Shown here: positions 48,120 through 58,360 of the stretch, piece by piece
How positions within the stretch are numbered: position 1 is the stretch's first letter
Layout: the number at the start of each line of letters is the position of its first letter
Assembly: GCA_048938895.1 (NCBI GenBank)
Contig: JBHLLU010000009.1
Span: 35,800-99,799 of the forward strand
DNA: 64,000 bases
Reading direction: 5' to 3'
Source of the DNA: Promethearchaeota archaeon
Lineage (GTDB): Archaea > Asgardarchaeota > Lokiarchaeia > Sigyniarchaeales > SOKP01
Position numbers and translations under genes: made by a program
Notes under the pieces: generated by a model
Databases searched by the model: none
The model's input: only the letters and a program-made list of their open reading frames with translations
What the model was told of the DNA's origin: nothing

Positions 48120-49207
48120 GTATGAAAGAAGCTTTAAAGTTAATTGGGGGATATTTCTTTAGATGGATTGGGTTTTCTAAAGAACCAAATCTAATAAAAG
48201 TTGGAAATCCAAATAAACAAAGCCCGGTGTTTCTAACATGCAATTTTAATATAACTGTGAAAAGAGTGATAAAAGCGCTCAAGGGAATTGATTGCTATTT
48301 ATTAATTTCTCCTTCAAAGGGGATAAATGTATGGTGTGGAGCATGTGGTGATGATTTTAATACGGATTCAGTAATTTCAATAATAAAAACCAGCGGAATA
48401 AATGAACTTGTGAATCATCGGAACTTAATTGTACCACAATTAAGCGCCCCTGGAATTGATCCATTGATTATTAAGAAAGAGTTAGGTTGGGAAGTCATAT
48501 TTGGGCCTGTTTACGCTAAAGATATTAAAAGCTATATTAAACATGATTTTAAAAAGACAGAACAAATGCGCGAAGTAAAATTTACAATTTCAAAGCGAAT
48601 AGAAATAGCTAATATGTATTTCTTTACGTTATTCCTTGTATTTACCTTGGGATTTTGTATATATGCGATAATCATAACTAAATTCGAAATATTACTCTTT
48701 TTTGATAATCTGGTAATCTTAGCTGTAATTATTTATGGTGCTCTTATTATTTTACCAAGTATTAAAACTAAAACAGGGAGACCTAAAGCATTACTATTTG
48801 AAGCTATCTTAATTGGTTTAATTATTATCTTCAATATTCTCATTATTCCTAACCTATTTTATTTAATCTGGAATATAATTGTTTCTTTGGTTGTCTCACT
48901 TATCTTAATAGAAGATTTCAATGGATTAACTCCTATTTATAAGAGTGAACTAGGGGAGAAAACTTGGAGAAAAGGTGAAAAAGAAATGAGATTTATGGGA
49001 ATGAAAATAAAATTACAACCTTATGGGAATATTAAAATTGATCGTGATAGATGTATAGGATGTAAAGTTTGCATTGAGGTATGCCCCAGAAATCTCTATA
49101 AATTTAATGAGGATGATAAAAAAGTGGATTTATATAATCCTGAGAATTGTATAAATTGTAATGCTTGCGTCAAACGATGTCTAGCTCATTGTCTTGAAAT
49201 AAAATAA
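48116..49207 (+). CDS. HgcA-like corrinoid protein fused to TM region and 2x[4Fe-4S] ferredoxin (HgcAB-like fusion)
   Basis: VGNPNKQSPVFLTCNF, cap-helix-like GINVWCGACG, IVPQLSAPG, FGPVYAKDI; about four TM helices; CIGCKVCIEVCP and CINCNACVKRC. Confidence 0.88.
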   Translation: MSMKEALKLIGGYFFRWIGFSKEPNLIKVGNPNKQSPVFLTCNFNITVKRVIKALKGIDCYLLISPSKGINVWCGACGDDFNTDSVISIIKTSGINELVNHRNLIVPQLSAPGIDPLIIKKELGWEVIFGPVYAKDIKSYIKHDFKKTEQMREVKFTISKRIEIANMYFFTLFLVFTLGFCIYAIIITKFEILLFFDNLVILAVIIYGALIILPSIKTKTGRPKALLFEAILIGLIIIFNILIIPNLFYLIWNIIVSLVVSLILIEDFNGLTPIYKSELGEKTWRKGEKEMRFMGMKIKLQPYGNIKIDRDRCIGCKVCIEVCPRNLYKFNEDDKKVDLYNPENCINCNACVKRCLAHCLEIK

Positions 49208-49259
49208 TGTCTAAATAGCTGATCATATGTTCTTTTATAACTTCTTGTTCATAGACAAT

Positions 49260-49580
49260 TTATTCGATTTGGACACTTAATTTCTCGATCTCCTCTGCTT
49301 TTTCCTTCTTAAGTGCAGTTAATCTTTGTTTCAGAGATTTTTTTTTGTTTCGAGTCAATATTTTAATTTCTTTTTTAAATAATTTCAAGATAGTATTTAA
49401 TTCTGCGATTCTATCCTTTAGTTCTCTTTTTTCTTTCTTAATAGCCCCCAAATCACGGTAGTCTTGTTCATATTTAGAATAGATTTTATTAAGAACAGAA
49501 TCAAAATCTATTGAAATTTCTTTTTGAACTTCAGCTTCTTTTTCCTTATATTTTTTTTCAATTTCATCTAAAGTTGTCAT
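49260..49580 (-). CDS. Small coiled-coil hypothetical protein
   Basis: 106 aa, K/E-rich. Confidence 0.6.
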   Translation of the reverse strand: MTTLDEIEKKYKEKEAEVQKEISIDFDSVLNKIYSKYEQDYRDLGAIKKEKRELKDRIAELNTILKLFKKEIKILTRNKKKSLKQRLTALKKEKAEEIEKLSVQIE

Positions 49581-49717
49581 ATAATATAATTTTCTGATAA
49601 AAACAATAAAAACATATCGTCTAGAAAATTCAAATTTTATTTTGTGCTGAAAAAGTAAATTTTAAGAATTAAATTTTCCAAAGCTCTTCTTTCCTTGTAT
49701 ATATTCAAAAAAAAGTA

Positions 49718-50359
49718 TTATTGATAGAGAAGAATTCTTATATTATCTGCCAGATCATGAATTCTATCCGCTAGTTGCTCGAGTAAAACAATACTATCCC
49801 TGATTCTGAGGAGTTTCCTCACATCTAAATTCTCATCTGAATATAAAAATTCAAGAAACTGGCGATATATTGTATCGATTTCATTTTCCAGTTCATGAAT
49901 TGTAGTGGTATTTTCAAATACAATTTGAGTTTTCTGATCCCGAAGGCTTTTAATTGTTGATTTTAACACATCTGCCATATTCATAATTTTATTGATTAAT
50001 TTATCATATCTTTTTTTGATTTCTTCATCCGTTCCACCTTCGAGTACGATGTTTGACAACATATCCACAAACTCCAATGGATAATTAATAGTATTATCCA
50101 TACGGAGAATTAAAGCCACATAATCCCCCAATCCCTGTGCACCTGCTTCAGCATAATTTTGGATCAATCGAATTTTAATACCATCCGCATCTTCCTCACG
50201 TAATTGCATTTTACCTTTTTTCTTTTCTAAAAAATCTTTATTTGCCTCGTAATCTTTTGCCCAGGTTGAATAATAAACACCCATATCAGAAATAACGGAA
50301 TAAATAATCCTAGAATGTTCAATCAACATTGAAATGATTTCTTCTTTAATCTTATTCAT
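49718..50359 (-). CDS. DUF47 / PhoU-like phosphate transport regulator family
   Basis: EEDADGIK...IHELENEIDTIYR...LEQLADRIHDLAD. Confidence 0.85.
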   Translation of the reverse strand: MNKIKEEIISMLIEHSRIIYSVISDMGVYYSTWAKDYEANKDFLEKKKGKMQLREEDADGIKIRLIQNYAEAGAQGLGDYVALILRMDNTINYPLEFVDMLSNIVLEGGTDEEIKKRYDKLINKIMNMADVLKSTIKSLRDQKTQIVFENTTTIHELENEIDTIYRQFLEFLYSDENLDVRKLLRIRDSIVLLEQLADRIHDLADNIRILLYQ

Positions 50360-50443
50360 AAGAATTCTATAAAATTATTTTTTTACTGATATAAATATTA
50401 ATAATTAGGTTATTAAAAATTTAGTATTTCTGATATATAAATT

Positions 50444-50472
50444 GGAAACAGAGATAATTTATTTCAGTTTCC
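50444..50472. promoter_or_regulatory. Imperfect palindrome GGAAAC-A-GAGATAA-T-TTATTTC-A-GTTTCC
   Basis: Inverted repeat in the divergent DUF47 / enoyl-CoA hydratase intergenic region. Confidence 0.4.
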
Positions 50473-50566
50473 GAATTGGTATTTACTTTTTCAAGGATAA
50501 TTAATTTAAAAAATTTAATAAATCATCAAAAATAAATTTAAAATCATAATTTTAAAATGGTTAGAT

Positions 50567-51352
50567 ATGGAATATAAAGACTTAATTATTGAGAAACGTA
50601 ATGATCATATCGCAATTGTTACCCTAAATCGTCCAGAACAGTTAAATACCCTTACATTAAATTTAATGAGAGAAATTGAACGATTGACAGAAGATTTTCA
50701 AAAAGATACGGAGACTCGAGTTGTAATTTTCACAGGTGCAGGAAAACACTTTTGTGGTGGAAGAGATTTGAGAGAACAAGGAAACCCTACGACTGTACTT
50801 GAACAGCAACGGGCAATCCAGAATGGTCCAAGAATGGTTCGCAAATTATTTATGATGGATCAAATAACCATTGCAGCAATTAATGGAGGTGCCTTCGGGG
50901 GAGGATGTTGTATTACTTCAGCTCTTGATTTTCGCATTGGAGATGAAAGATGTATGTCGGGGTTCCCAGAAAGTCGTTTAGGGATGAGTTTAAGCTGGAC
51001 AATACTCCCCATAATTGTACATCTAATTGGTCCTACATTTGCAAAAGAGATGACAATATTAGGGAAAAATAATGATGCCCAAACATTATTAAAATGGGGA
51101 TACTTAAGTGAAGTAGTACCAAGAGAGAAATTACTAGATCGAGCAATCGAAATTGCTAAATATTATGCTGTAATGCCCCCTATTCCTGCCCAAATGATTA
51201 AGAAAACAATTAACCATATTGTCAGTGCGCTAGATCAAGCGATAATGCATATGGATATGGATCAATTGATGTTAACTCTTCAGACAGATGATCTGAAAGA
51301 AGGAGTTGCTGCCTTCTTCGCAAAACGCGATGGAAAATTCAAGGGTAACTAA
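50567..51352 (+). CDS. Enoyl-CoA hydratase/isomerase family protein
   Basis: TLNRPEQLN, FCGGRDL, IAAINGGAFGGG, FPESRLG, EGVAAFFAKR...FKG. Confidence 0.92.
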   Translation: MEYKDLIIEKRNDHIAIVTLNRPEQLNTLTLNLMREIERLTEDFQKDTETRVVIFTGAGKHFCGGRDLREQGNPTTVLEQQRAIQNGPRMVRKLFMMDQITIAAINGGAFGGGCCITSALDFRIGDERCMSGFPESRLGMSLSWTILPIIVHLIGPTFAKEMTILGKNNDAQTLLKWGYLSEVVPREKLLDRAIEIAKYYAVMPPIPAQMIKKTINHIVSALDQAIMHMDMDQLMLTLQTDDLKEGVAAFFAKRDGKFKGN

Positions 51353-51570
51353 TATAAGATTTAGTAGGACAGAAAAAGCAGTATATAAGAGCAATAACTT
51401 TTTAAAATTTCTCTCTATTTATTTTACAAAAAGAATAAAGCTGTATAACTCGCTATAAAAAATATAATAAAGATAAAGTATAATACTTATTAATACTTCA
51501 AAACAAATTTATGGACTAATAATTTAAAAAACGTAATCTTTTATTTTAATTAGAGTTTTAGGCTATAGAA

Positions 51571-52248
51571 TTGGGAAATTTTCGTGAAAAATTAAAGAAA
51601 TGGAAACAATACTCAAAAATGGCAGATTTGGGTATAATAGCAAGACGAAAATTCTTTAATAATGCTTTCGACGGTGCTCTTACCTGTGCTGGAATTGTAA
51701 GTGGAATTTTTATTATTTATTTAAACAATCCAGATCAATTCACACCTCAAAACGTTATAGTTACCGGATTTGCTACAGCATTGGCTATTGGTATAAGTGG
51801 GTTATGGGGTGCTTTTCTATCTGAAGAGGCTGAGCGAAGAAAAAAAATTATAGATATGAATAAAGATATGGCTATAACTGATGATGAGGAGGAGGAAGAT
51901 AATAGTCTTTCTAGAGAAGGAAAAGTTAAAAATGAAAACAATAAAAAGAATAAAAATAAAAAAAAGACACTTTTACAAAAAGCAGAGGATTTTGCTACAA
52001 TTGTTGCTTCCCTTGTTGATGGGGGTGCACCAGTATTAGGATCCTCATTACCATTGATTCCATTTTTCTTTGGTATTGAATTAAGTATACTTCATTTCAT
52101 AGCTTCCTACCTAATTCTAGCAGCTCTGCTTGTGTATTTAGGTAATTTTTTAGGAAAAATTTCAGGAGGGGGAAGGATTAGGTATGCGTTGCACTTAGTT
52201 GCAGCCGGAGTTATTACTCTCCTAGTCTCAATACTACTTGGGATCTAA
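51571..52248 (+). CDS. VIT1/CCC1-like (TIGR00267-type) membrane transporter
   Basis: RRKFFNNAFDGAL, ISGLWGAFLSEEAE, LPLIPFF. Confidence 0.8.
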   Translation: MGNFREKLKKWKQYSKMADLGIIARRKFFNNAFDGALTCAGIVSGIFIIYLNNPDQFTPQNVIVTGFATALAIGISGLWGAFLSEEAERRKKIIDMNKDMAITDDEEEEDNSLSREGKVKNENNKKNKNKKKTLLQKAEDFATIVASLVDGGAPVLGSSLPLIPFFFGIELSILHFIASYLILAALLVYLGNFLGKISGGGRIRYALHLVAAGVITLLVSILLGI

Positions 52249-52283
52249 AAAGCCAATAATAAATTAGAAACGATTTAAATAGA

Positions 52284-52988
52284 ATGTTCGAAAAATTCAA
52301 AACCTATTCAAAAATAACTAACCTCTGGGCAATCGCAAGACGCTATTTTGTAAATAATTTTTATGATGGAATGCTAACTGTTTTAGGTATATTACTGGGA
52401 TTCTTTACTTTGATTTTAAAAGAAGGAGAAGTCTCAGTTGCAAGTCATCTTGTAATTCTGACAGGAATGGGAACTTCTATATCAATGTTCATTTCAGGGA
52501 TATCTGGATCTTATCTTTCAGAAAGAGCAGAGCAGAAGAAATTAAAAGAAGAATTAAAGAGAGCTATGGTAATTACTGAAGATTCTGAAGAAGAATTGGA
52601 TGAGAGTGTCATGGAAATTGAAAAAGCTATGTTAATACATATCAATAACCAAATTCAACCGAATCAGAGGAAAGAGGTGAAAAACAAAAGAAAAATAAAA
52701 AAAAAAACACTTCAAGAGAAAGCTGAAAGTTTTGCGATTCTTATTGTATCAATTATAAATGGCTTATCACCATTTTTAGGAGGGCTTGTTCCGATAATCC
52801 CTTTTTTCTATGCACCATTAGCAAACCTCTATATTTTTGTAATATCATTTTCTATCATTCTTATCTGTATAATTTTTTTGGGTATCTTTCTTGGGGTTGT
52901 ATCTAAGGAATCTATACTTAAAAATGTAATTCAAATGGTTTTCGCATTTACATTAACACTGATTATTTCTATATTCCTATTAAGTTAA
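52284..52988 (+). CDS. VIT1/CCC1-like membrane transporter (tandem paralog)
   Basis: RRYFVNNFYDGML, SGISGSYLSERAE, VPIIPFF. Confidence 0.8.
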   Translation: MFEKFKTYSKITNLWAIARRYFVNNFYDGMLTVLGILLGFFTLILKEGEVSVASHLVILTGMGTSISMFISGISGSYLSERAEQKKLKEELKRAMVITEDSEEELDESVMEIEKAMLIHINNQIQPNQRKEVKNKRKIKKKTLQEKAESFAILIVSIINGLSPFLGGLVPIIPFFYAPLANLYIFVISFSIILICIIFLGIFLGVVSKESILKNVIQMVFAFTLTLIISIFLLS

Positions 52989-53069
52989 ATTAAATTTTTG
53001 AGTTTGATCACAAATTTTATTTTCTGATTTTCATTTAACCATACAACAATATTTAGGATTAGTGATGAT

Positions 53070-53849
53070 TTGAAGTCGTTTATCGGGTTGGATATCGGTT
53101 CTTTAGCTACTAAAATTGTCTTATTAAATGAGGGAAAATTAGTTGATCATCGGGTTGAAAGATCCACATTTGATTTTAAAAGAGTTGGTAATAATCTTTT
53201 TAATGATGTTTTAGAAAAGAATAATTTAAGTAAAAGCGAAGTATTTGTAATGAGTACCGGCTACGGTAGAAATACTATAGACGTAGCTGATGACAGAATC
53301 ACAGAAATTACAGCACATGCCCGAGGAGTACAATATTTTTTTCCAGAAGCACGCTCTGTTATTGATATAGGTGGTCAAGATTCCAAGGCAATTCTGATTT
53401 CCAAAAAAACAGGTAATGTTATGGATTTCCAAATGAATGACAAATGTGCTGCTGGTACAGGCAGATTCCTCGAAGTTATGGCCCATGCACTTGAAGTTCC
53501 AATTGAGGAAATTGGAGAGCTAGCATTGAATTCAAATAAACCATCTGCGATTAGCTCTACCTGTACAGTATTCGCTGAAAGTGAGGTAATTTCTTTATTT
53601 GCCAGAGGCACTGGAAAACATGATATTGCTGCAGGTATTCATAAATCCATTGCTAGGAGAGTTGCAGGAATGGCTAAGCGTATAGGAGTCTCACCTTTAC
53701 TAGTCTTTTGTGGTGGCGTAGCAAAAAATGTTGCTGTCAAAAAGTTTCTAGAAGAAGAGTTAGGATATGAAATAGTAATTCCAGATCATCCTCAACTAAC
53801 TGGAGCAATTGGTGCTGCATTAATTGCTCAAGAACACAATGGGAGATAA
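53070..53849 (+). CDS. 2-hydroxyacyl-CoA dehydratase activase (HgdC/BadF-type ASKHA ATPase)
   Basis: GLDIGSLATK, TGYGR, EITAHARG, IDIGGQDSK, MNDKCAAGTGRFLE, STCTVFAESE, GGVA. Confidence 0.95.
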   Translation: MKSFIGLDIGSLATKIVLLNEGKLVDHRVERSTFDFKRVGNNLFNDVLEKNNLSKSEVFVMSTGYGRNTIDVADDRITEITAHARGVQYFFPEARSVIDIGGQDSKAILISKKTGNVMDFQMNDKCAAGTGRFLEVMAHALEVPIEEIGELALNSNKPSAISSTCTVFAESEVISLFARGTGKHDIAAGIHKSIARRVAGMAKRIGVSPLLVFCGGVAKNVAVKKFLEEELGYEIVIPDHPQLTGAIGAALIAQEHNGR

Positions 53850-53939
53850 TAGTCATTCTATTTAATTTTTATATCAATAAATTTTATGAACAAATAACTC
53901 TTTTTTAATCAATAATTTAATATATTTACATTTAGAAAA

Positions 53940-55070
53940 ATGAAGAATCTCGAGTTTTTAACTGAATACTATATGTTTCTTAAAGAGAAAAAGGATGAGG
54001 GAAAAAAGGTTATAGCATTCATGTCTCATGATAATGTACCCGAGGAGTTAATTGATGCTGCTGGTTTCATACCTTTAAGAATGATGTTTGCAGGGAATGA
54101 TGAATTAATGGATGCAAGTCATGATTTTTTACCACCCTCAACTTGTTCATTTGCTCAATCTTGTATTGGGGCTTTTTCCATAAAACCGAGTATTCTCAAG
54201 TTTTTAGATTTGGTTGATTATTTTATTATCTCAAATCATTGTGTTTCAGATATCTGTGCCTCAGAAATAATTTCAAAATATTACAACATTCCCCGCATTA
54301 ATTTTTATGTATCATACACAAAAACAGAAAATAGTCTAAAATACTTTAAGCTAGAACTTGTTGAATTAAAGGAAAACCTTGAAGATATTAAGGGTTCTGA
54401 AATATTAAAGCAAGATTTAATAAACAGTATCATTAAATACAATAATTTTAAAAAAAAATTATTAGAAGTAAGTAATTTAGCCATTCCGGGTTCAGAAAAA
54501 CTAGAGTTGCTTCAAAAGGCAATTTTATACGGTCCTGAATATTTACCTGATTTAGAAAATTTCCTTCAACTCCAAAAGAATGCTCAGATTGATAATAATT
54601 CAAAACCAGTTTTACTAACAGGATGTTCAATTTTTATTAATGATTTTTTAAATGATCTAATAGAAGACAGTGGAGGAAATATAGTTTTTTTTGATACCTG
54701 GATCGGTTTCAACTATTATTCACAAATTTTTGATGACGAAATTCTAAATTCCTCAAAAGATCCTATTGAATTGCTGGTAGAGCGATTTAAAAATAATAAA
54801 TATGGAGATCATTCTGTTCCTGATTTCTTGGAAACTAAAATCTCTCAGATAGAAGAATTTTCAGAGAAATACAGGAGTTCTACAGGTAAAAATTTAGGAG
54901 TAATAAATCATATCATTAAGTTCTGTGATCATATGTCAATGATGTCTTCCCATTTGAAAAATCGATTACAAGAAAATGGAATTAAAGTATTAAACCTGGA
55001 AAGGGATTATTCAAGAGCTAACAGAGGGCAATTAGAAACGAGGATACAAGCATTTATAGAGATGATGTAA
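53940..55070 (+). CDS. 2-hydroxyacyl-CoA dehydratase subunit (HgdB/BcrC family)
   Basis: VPEELIDAAG, TCSF, KFCD, LERDY...GQLETRIQAFIEM. Confidence 0.88.
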   Translation: MKNLEFLTEYYMFLKEKKDEGKKVIAFMSHDNVPEELIDAAGFIPLRMMFAGNDELMDASHDFLPPSTCSFAQSCIGAFSIKPSILKFLDLVDYFIISNHCVSDICASEIISKYYNIPRINFYVSYTKTENSLKYFKLELVELKENLEDIKGSEILKQDLINSIIKYNNFKKKLLEVSNLAIPGSEKLELLQKAILYGPEYLPDLENFLQLQKNAQIDNNSKPVLLTGCSIFINDFLNDLIEDSGGNIVFFDTWIGFNYYSQIFDDEILNSSKDPIELLVERFKNNKYGDHSVPDFLETKISQIEEFSEKYRSSTGKNLGVINHIIKFCDHMSMMSSHLKNRLQENGIKVLNLERDYSRANRGQLETRIQAFIEMM

Positions 55071-55073
55071 TAG

Positions 55074-56432
55074 ATGAGTTTAGTTGCTGATGAATTGATA
55101 AGATTTTCTTCGGTGTTGAGGATTGCTTATAATTTCTTGACCGGTAGGGATTATCTAAGGAGGAAAAAGTTTAGAGAGAAGAAAAAATTAATATCAGTTG
55201 CATTACCTTTCTCAGACCTGGTTTATGGATTTCCAGATTTGGTCCCAGTCTTCCCAATCAGAATGCATGAATTTAAAATTCACAAATACCTCACGTATTT
55301 AGGTTCTGCGTCCAATATTTTCGGTTGGAATCGTGTTTCCAACTTTTTGGGCTTTGTGAAAGACCTAGGTATAAAAGATATAAGTCAAACAGTTGATACT
55401 ATTATTGAAGATGTTATAGCAACAATAAATGAAAAATATAATGAAATGTATGAGTTTGGTGAGGAATGTGGGATTCCAACTGACTTTTGTTATGGTGTCA
55501 AATCACTTTATGGTATGAATGTATCAAAAGGGAAGAATTGTGATGCGAATTTAAATTATACGATTCGTTGTAGTGCTTGGAATAAGTATTTAGAATCAAT
55601 AAAGGCAATAGGGAATCCAGCTAAACAAATATGGATTGAAATGCCTCCCAGAAATATAGGGAATTCTTTAGAACTTTTTATGGATAATATTGCCAATGGA
55701 ATAAAAGAATTGGAAGAAATAAGTAATTATAGTTATAGCGATAATGCATTAAGAGAACATTTTCAGATAGCTAATCAAATTCACCAATCATACAAAAAAA
55801 TAATATATGATATTAGTACAGCAGATTTCTATCCTTGTAATCCTGCCACTTATAGTGAAATTCTCGCATTATTAAACATTAGCTTTCATGATTATAATTC
55901 AAATGCTAAACGATTTAGACATAATATCAATTCATTATTAGAAGAAATGAAAGGGAGAATGAGAAAAGGAATTGGAATGGATGTGTCAAAAATGCCCAAA
56001 ATTCTTATCACGCCTATGTTTGGGGGATGGGAACCAAAAACTCATGAAATTATATATGAATTAGGAGGAAGAGCTTTATATGGGGATTGGGATCTTCTAG
56101 GATTTTTAGACGATATCCCAATTTCAAATAGAACTGATCCTATAGAAGCCTATGCTCAATTTCTTATGAACATCAATTCCAATGGGATTGGGTGTAATAA
56201 TGATACTTTAACAAACTCCTACGTAAAGTTAGCTAAAGATCTAAAAGCTGATGGACTTGTTTTTGTTCAATTGTTTGGATGCCACTCTATTTCAAATTGC
56301 TATACTATGCTAAAGGAAAAAGTTCGGAGGGAATTAGAAATACCAAGCATTGCAATAAATTTTAACAAAATGGGTGAAAATGTTGAACAAGTGAAAACTC
56401 GACTGGGAGCACTCATGGAAATATTGATTTAG
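55074..56432 (+). CDS. 2-hydroxyacyl-CoA dehydratase subunit (HgdA/BcrB family)
   Basis: DFCYGVK, ADGLV...GCH, QVKTRLGALMEIL. Confidence 0.82.
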   Translation: MSLVADELIRFSSVLRIAYNFLTGRDYLRRKKFREKKKLISVALPFSDLVYGFPDLVPVFPIRMHEFKIHKYLTYLGSASNIFGWNRVSNFLGFVKDLGIKDISQTVDTIIEDVIATINEKYNEMYEFGEECGIPTDFCYGVKSLYGMNVSKGKNCDANLNYTIRCSAWNKYLESIKAIGNPAKQIWIEMPPRNIGNSLELFMDNIANGIKELEEISNYSYSDNALREHFQIANQIHQSYKKIIYDISTADFYPCNPATYSEILALLNISFHDYNSNAKRFRHNINSLLEEMKGRMRKGIGMDVSKMPKILITPMFGGWEPKTHEIIYELGGRALYGDWDLLGFLDDIPISNRTDPIEAYAQFLMNINSNGIGCNNDTLTNSYVKLAKDLKADGLVFVQLFGCHSISNCYTMLKEKVRRELEIPSIAINFNKMGENVEQVKTRLGALMEILI

Positions 56433-56507
56433 TAAATATTTTAGTAATTTTTTAATAGTATCTCTTTTTAATATAACAAAAAATTTAGGAGTTAATATTG
56501 AGATTCT

Positions 56508-57971
56508 ATGTTATTCCACCAAAAAACAAATGATATAGAACAAGATCCATATGAGAATTATCAAGTTTTATGTGGGATTGAAGAAGAATTCCTAATTATT
56601 AATAAGAATGGCACTTTAGCTAAAGTTGCAGATGACATAATGGTGAAATCCGCGGAAATTCTCGAAAGAGATCAAAATTTTCTTAGCTCACTTCAAGTCA
56701 GAATACGAGGGTTGGATGCAGAACCTTCACCTTCACAAATTGAGTATGTTACTTTACCCTTACCTCCAGAATCATTAAATCAAGCTGTAACAGAAGGGAG
56801 AAAATTATTAACAGATGCAGCAAAACAGTTGGGTGTTAAAATCCTTGCTCAAAGTCTACATCCAGTACAAAGTGATCCAAATCCTATCTGTGGAACTCAT
56901 ATTAATGTATCTGTTCAGAGAGAAGGAGGTTTAATGACTCCTGAAGAGATGAAGGTAGTTTATAATTATCTTTGGAATTATCTTCCAGAGATTATAGGCA
57001 TCTCGGCAAATTCTCGTATATATAAGGGAAATTTAAATAATGTTGCTAGTAATCGTTGTGCTAATAGTACTGTTCTAAAACCAAATGGATTTGCAGTTAT
57101 AGAAATTCCTGAAAATCGTCCAACATTAGTTCCGATGAGATATTACGGTCGTATGAGATATAAACTTAAAATAGGGTTTGAAAAGGATGAGTTTTCTAAG
57201 AAAGTCATTACCAATAGTCGTGGGGATCGTCTAGTTGATATAACTCCTCGTGGACCTTTTACGAATCTTAGTGATGATAATGATGAATTACCCTCCAGAA
57301 ATCGTATAGAGGTTCGAATAGTAGATGTGCAATACGATACTGAAGATTTAACTGAAATTGCATATCTTTGCTGCGCTTCAGCCCTTCATGCTATTAGACT
57401 TCAAAAAACAGGAGAGATTTTACAGGATCCTTATCATGGGGCAAATATTGAAAATGCCAAAGCAAATGGAACCAAAGCAATTTTCCAGAGACCAAATAGT
57501 CTAAAACAATCATTAGAAGACAGCGTCTCCATTTGGATAAAAGAAATTGAAAAATATCAGAATTATTTGGGTATAAAAATTAAAAATCTTCCATTTAAAA
57601 AACTTCAAGATGACCAATCTCAGAAAGAACTCGAAATTGAATACCAATCCAGAAAAATTGAGAAACTCAGACAACAAGGGAGAACTTATGTAATTATAGA
57701 ATTAGTTGATCCTAGAGTTGTAACCGACCGAAAGGGAAATCGTTATAAAATCACCAGCGGTACACAGGTTCGAGGAACGTTAGAAGTAAAATATAACTTT
57801 TCTTATGATGATATAGATGGGATGGTGACCAATTTTAAAGGAATTAAGGTAATTAATAATCTTGTTGTTCAAAATCTTAAAATCCCATTGAGGGAAAATG
57901 ATCACGTATTAAGAGTTCAATCTGAATCTGAATCTTTAATTGATAGATTATTTGGAGATTTCTTTCGATAA
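56508..57971 (+). CDS. GCS2/YbdK-type carboxylate-amine (gamma-glutamyl) ligase with C-terminal extension
   Basis: CGIEEEFLII, SQIEYVT, CGTHINV, ISANS, RIEVRIVD. Confidence 0.82.
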   Translation: MLFHQKTNDIEQDPYENYQVLCGIEEEFLIINKNGTLAKVADDIMVKSAEILERDQNFLSSLQVRIRGLDAEPSPSQIEYVTLPLPPESLNQAVTEGRKLLTDAAKQLGVKILAQSLHPVQSDPNPICGTHINVSVQREGGLMTPEEMKVVYNYLWNYLPEIIGISANSRIYKGNLNNVASNRCANSTVLKPNGFAVIEIPENRPTLVPMRYYGRMRYKLKIGFEKDEFSKKVITNSRGDRLVDITPRGPFTNLSDDNDELPSRNRIEVRIVDVQYDTEDLTEIAYLCCASALHAIRLQKTGEILQDPYHGANIENAKANGTKAIFQRPNSLKQSLEDSVSIWIKEIEKYQNYLGIKIKNLPFKKLQDDQSQKELEIEYQSRKIEKLRQQGRTYVIIELVDPRVVTDRKGNRYKITSGTQVRGTLEVKYNFSYDDIDGMVTNFKGIKVINNLVVQNLKIPLRENDHVLRVQSESESLIDRLFGDFFR

Positions 57972-57989
57972 TTAAATAATGGTGAAAAT

Positions 57990-58343
57990 ATGGAAAAAAA
58001 TGATAAGTTAAACAGGCTTTTTGTCTATGGTACGTTACAACATGGTCAAAGTCGCAATTATATTCTTAGAGGATTAGAATTCGAAAAAGCAGTTCTATTA
58101 AATTATAGAAAAGTAAACCCACCTTCCTTAGGGTTTCCGATTATCATTCGAAAGGAGGGTTCAAATGTTAATGGTGAAATATACTACAATTTACCTCCTT
58201 CCCTAATCAATCATATCGATAATATAGAGGGAGAGGGAGAGCTATATCATAGAATTAAAGTTACAGTAAAATTAGAAAATGGGAAAGAAGTAGATGCTTT
58301 TACCTATTATCCTTCTGCAATTTTAATCAAAAAATTTACTTAA
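57990..58343 (+). CDS. Gamma-glutamylcyclotransferase (AIG2-like/GGACT family)
   Basis: LFVYGTLQHG, VNGEIY, IDNIEG...YHR, AFTY. Confidence 0.9.
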   Translation: MEKNDKLNRLFVYGTLQHGQSRNYILRGLEFEKAVLLNYRKVNPPSLGFPIIIRKEGSNVNGEIYYNLPPSLINHIDNIEGEGELYHRIKVTVKLENGKEVDAFTYYPSAILIKKFT

Positions 58344-58360
58344 ATATAAGGAGAGAGAAA

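Noticed and set aside
48116-49207. Calling this a true mercury methylase hgcA/hgcB
   Set aside because: The cap helix deviates (NVWCGACG), the gene is fused, and the HgcB C-terminal Cys tail is missing; function is unproven.
53070-56432. Benzoyl-CoA reductase
   Set aside because: A single activase gene plus two dehydratase-type subunits and no aromatic-degradation neighbours fits a 2-hydroxyacyl-CoA dehydratase family system; the substrate cannot be read from the sequence.
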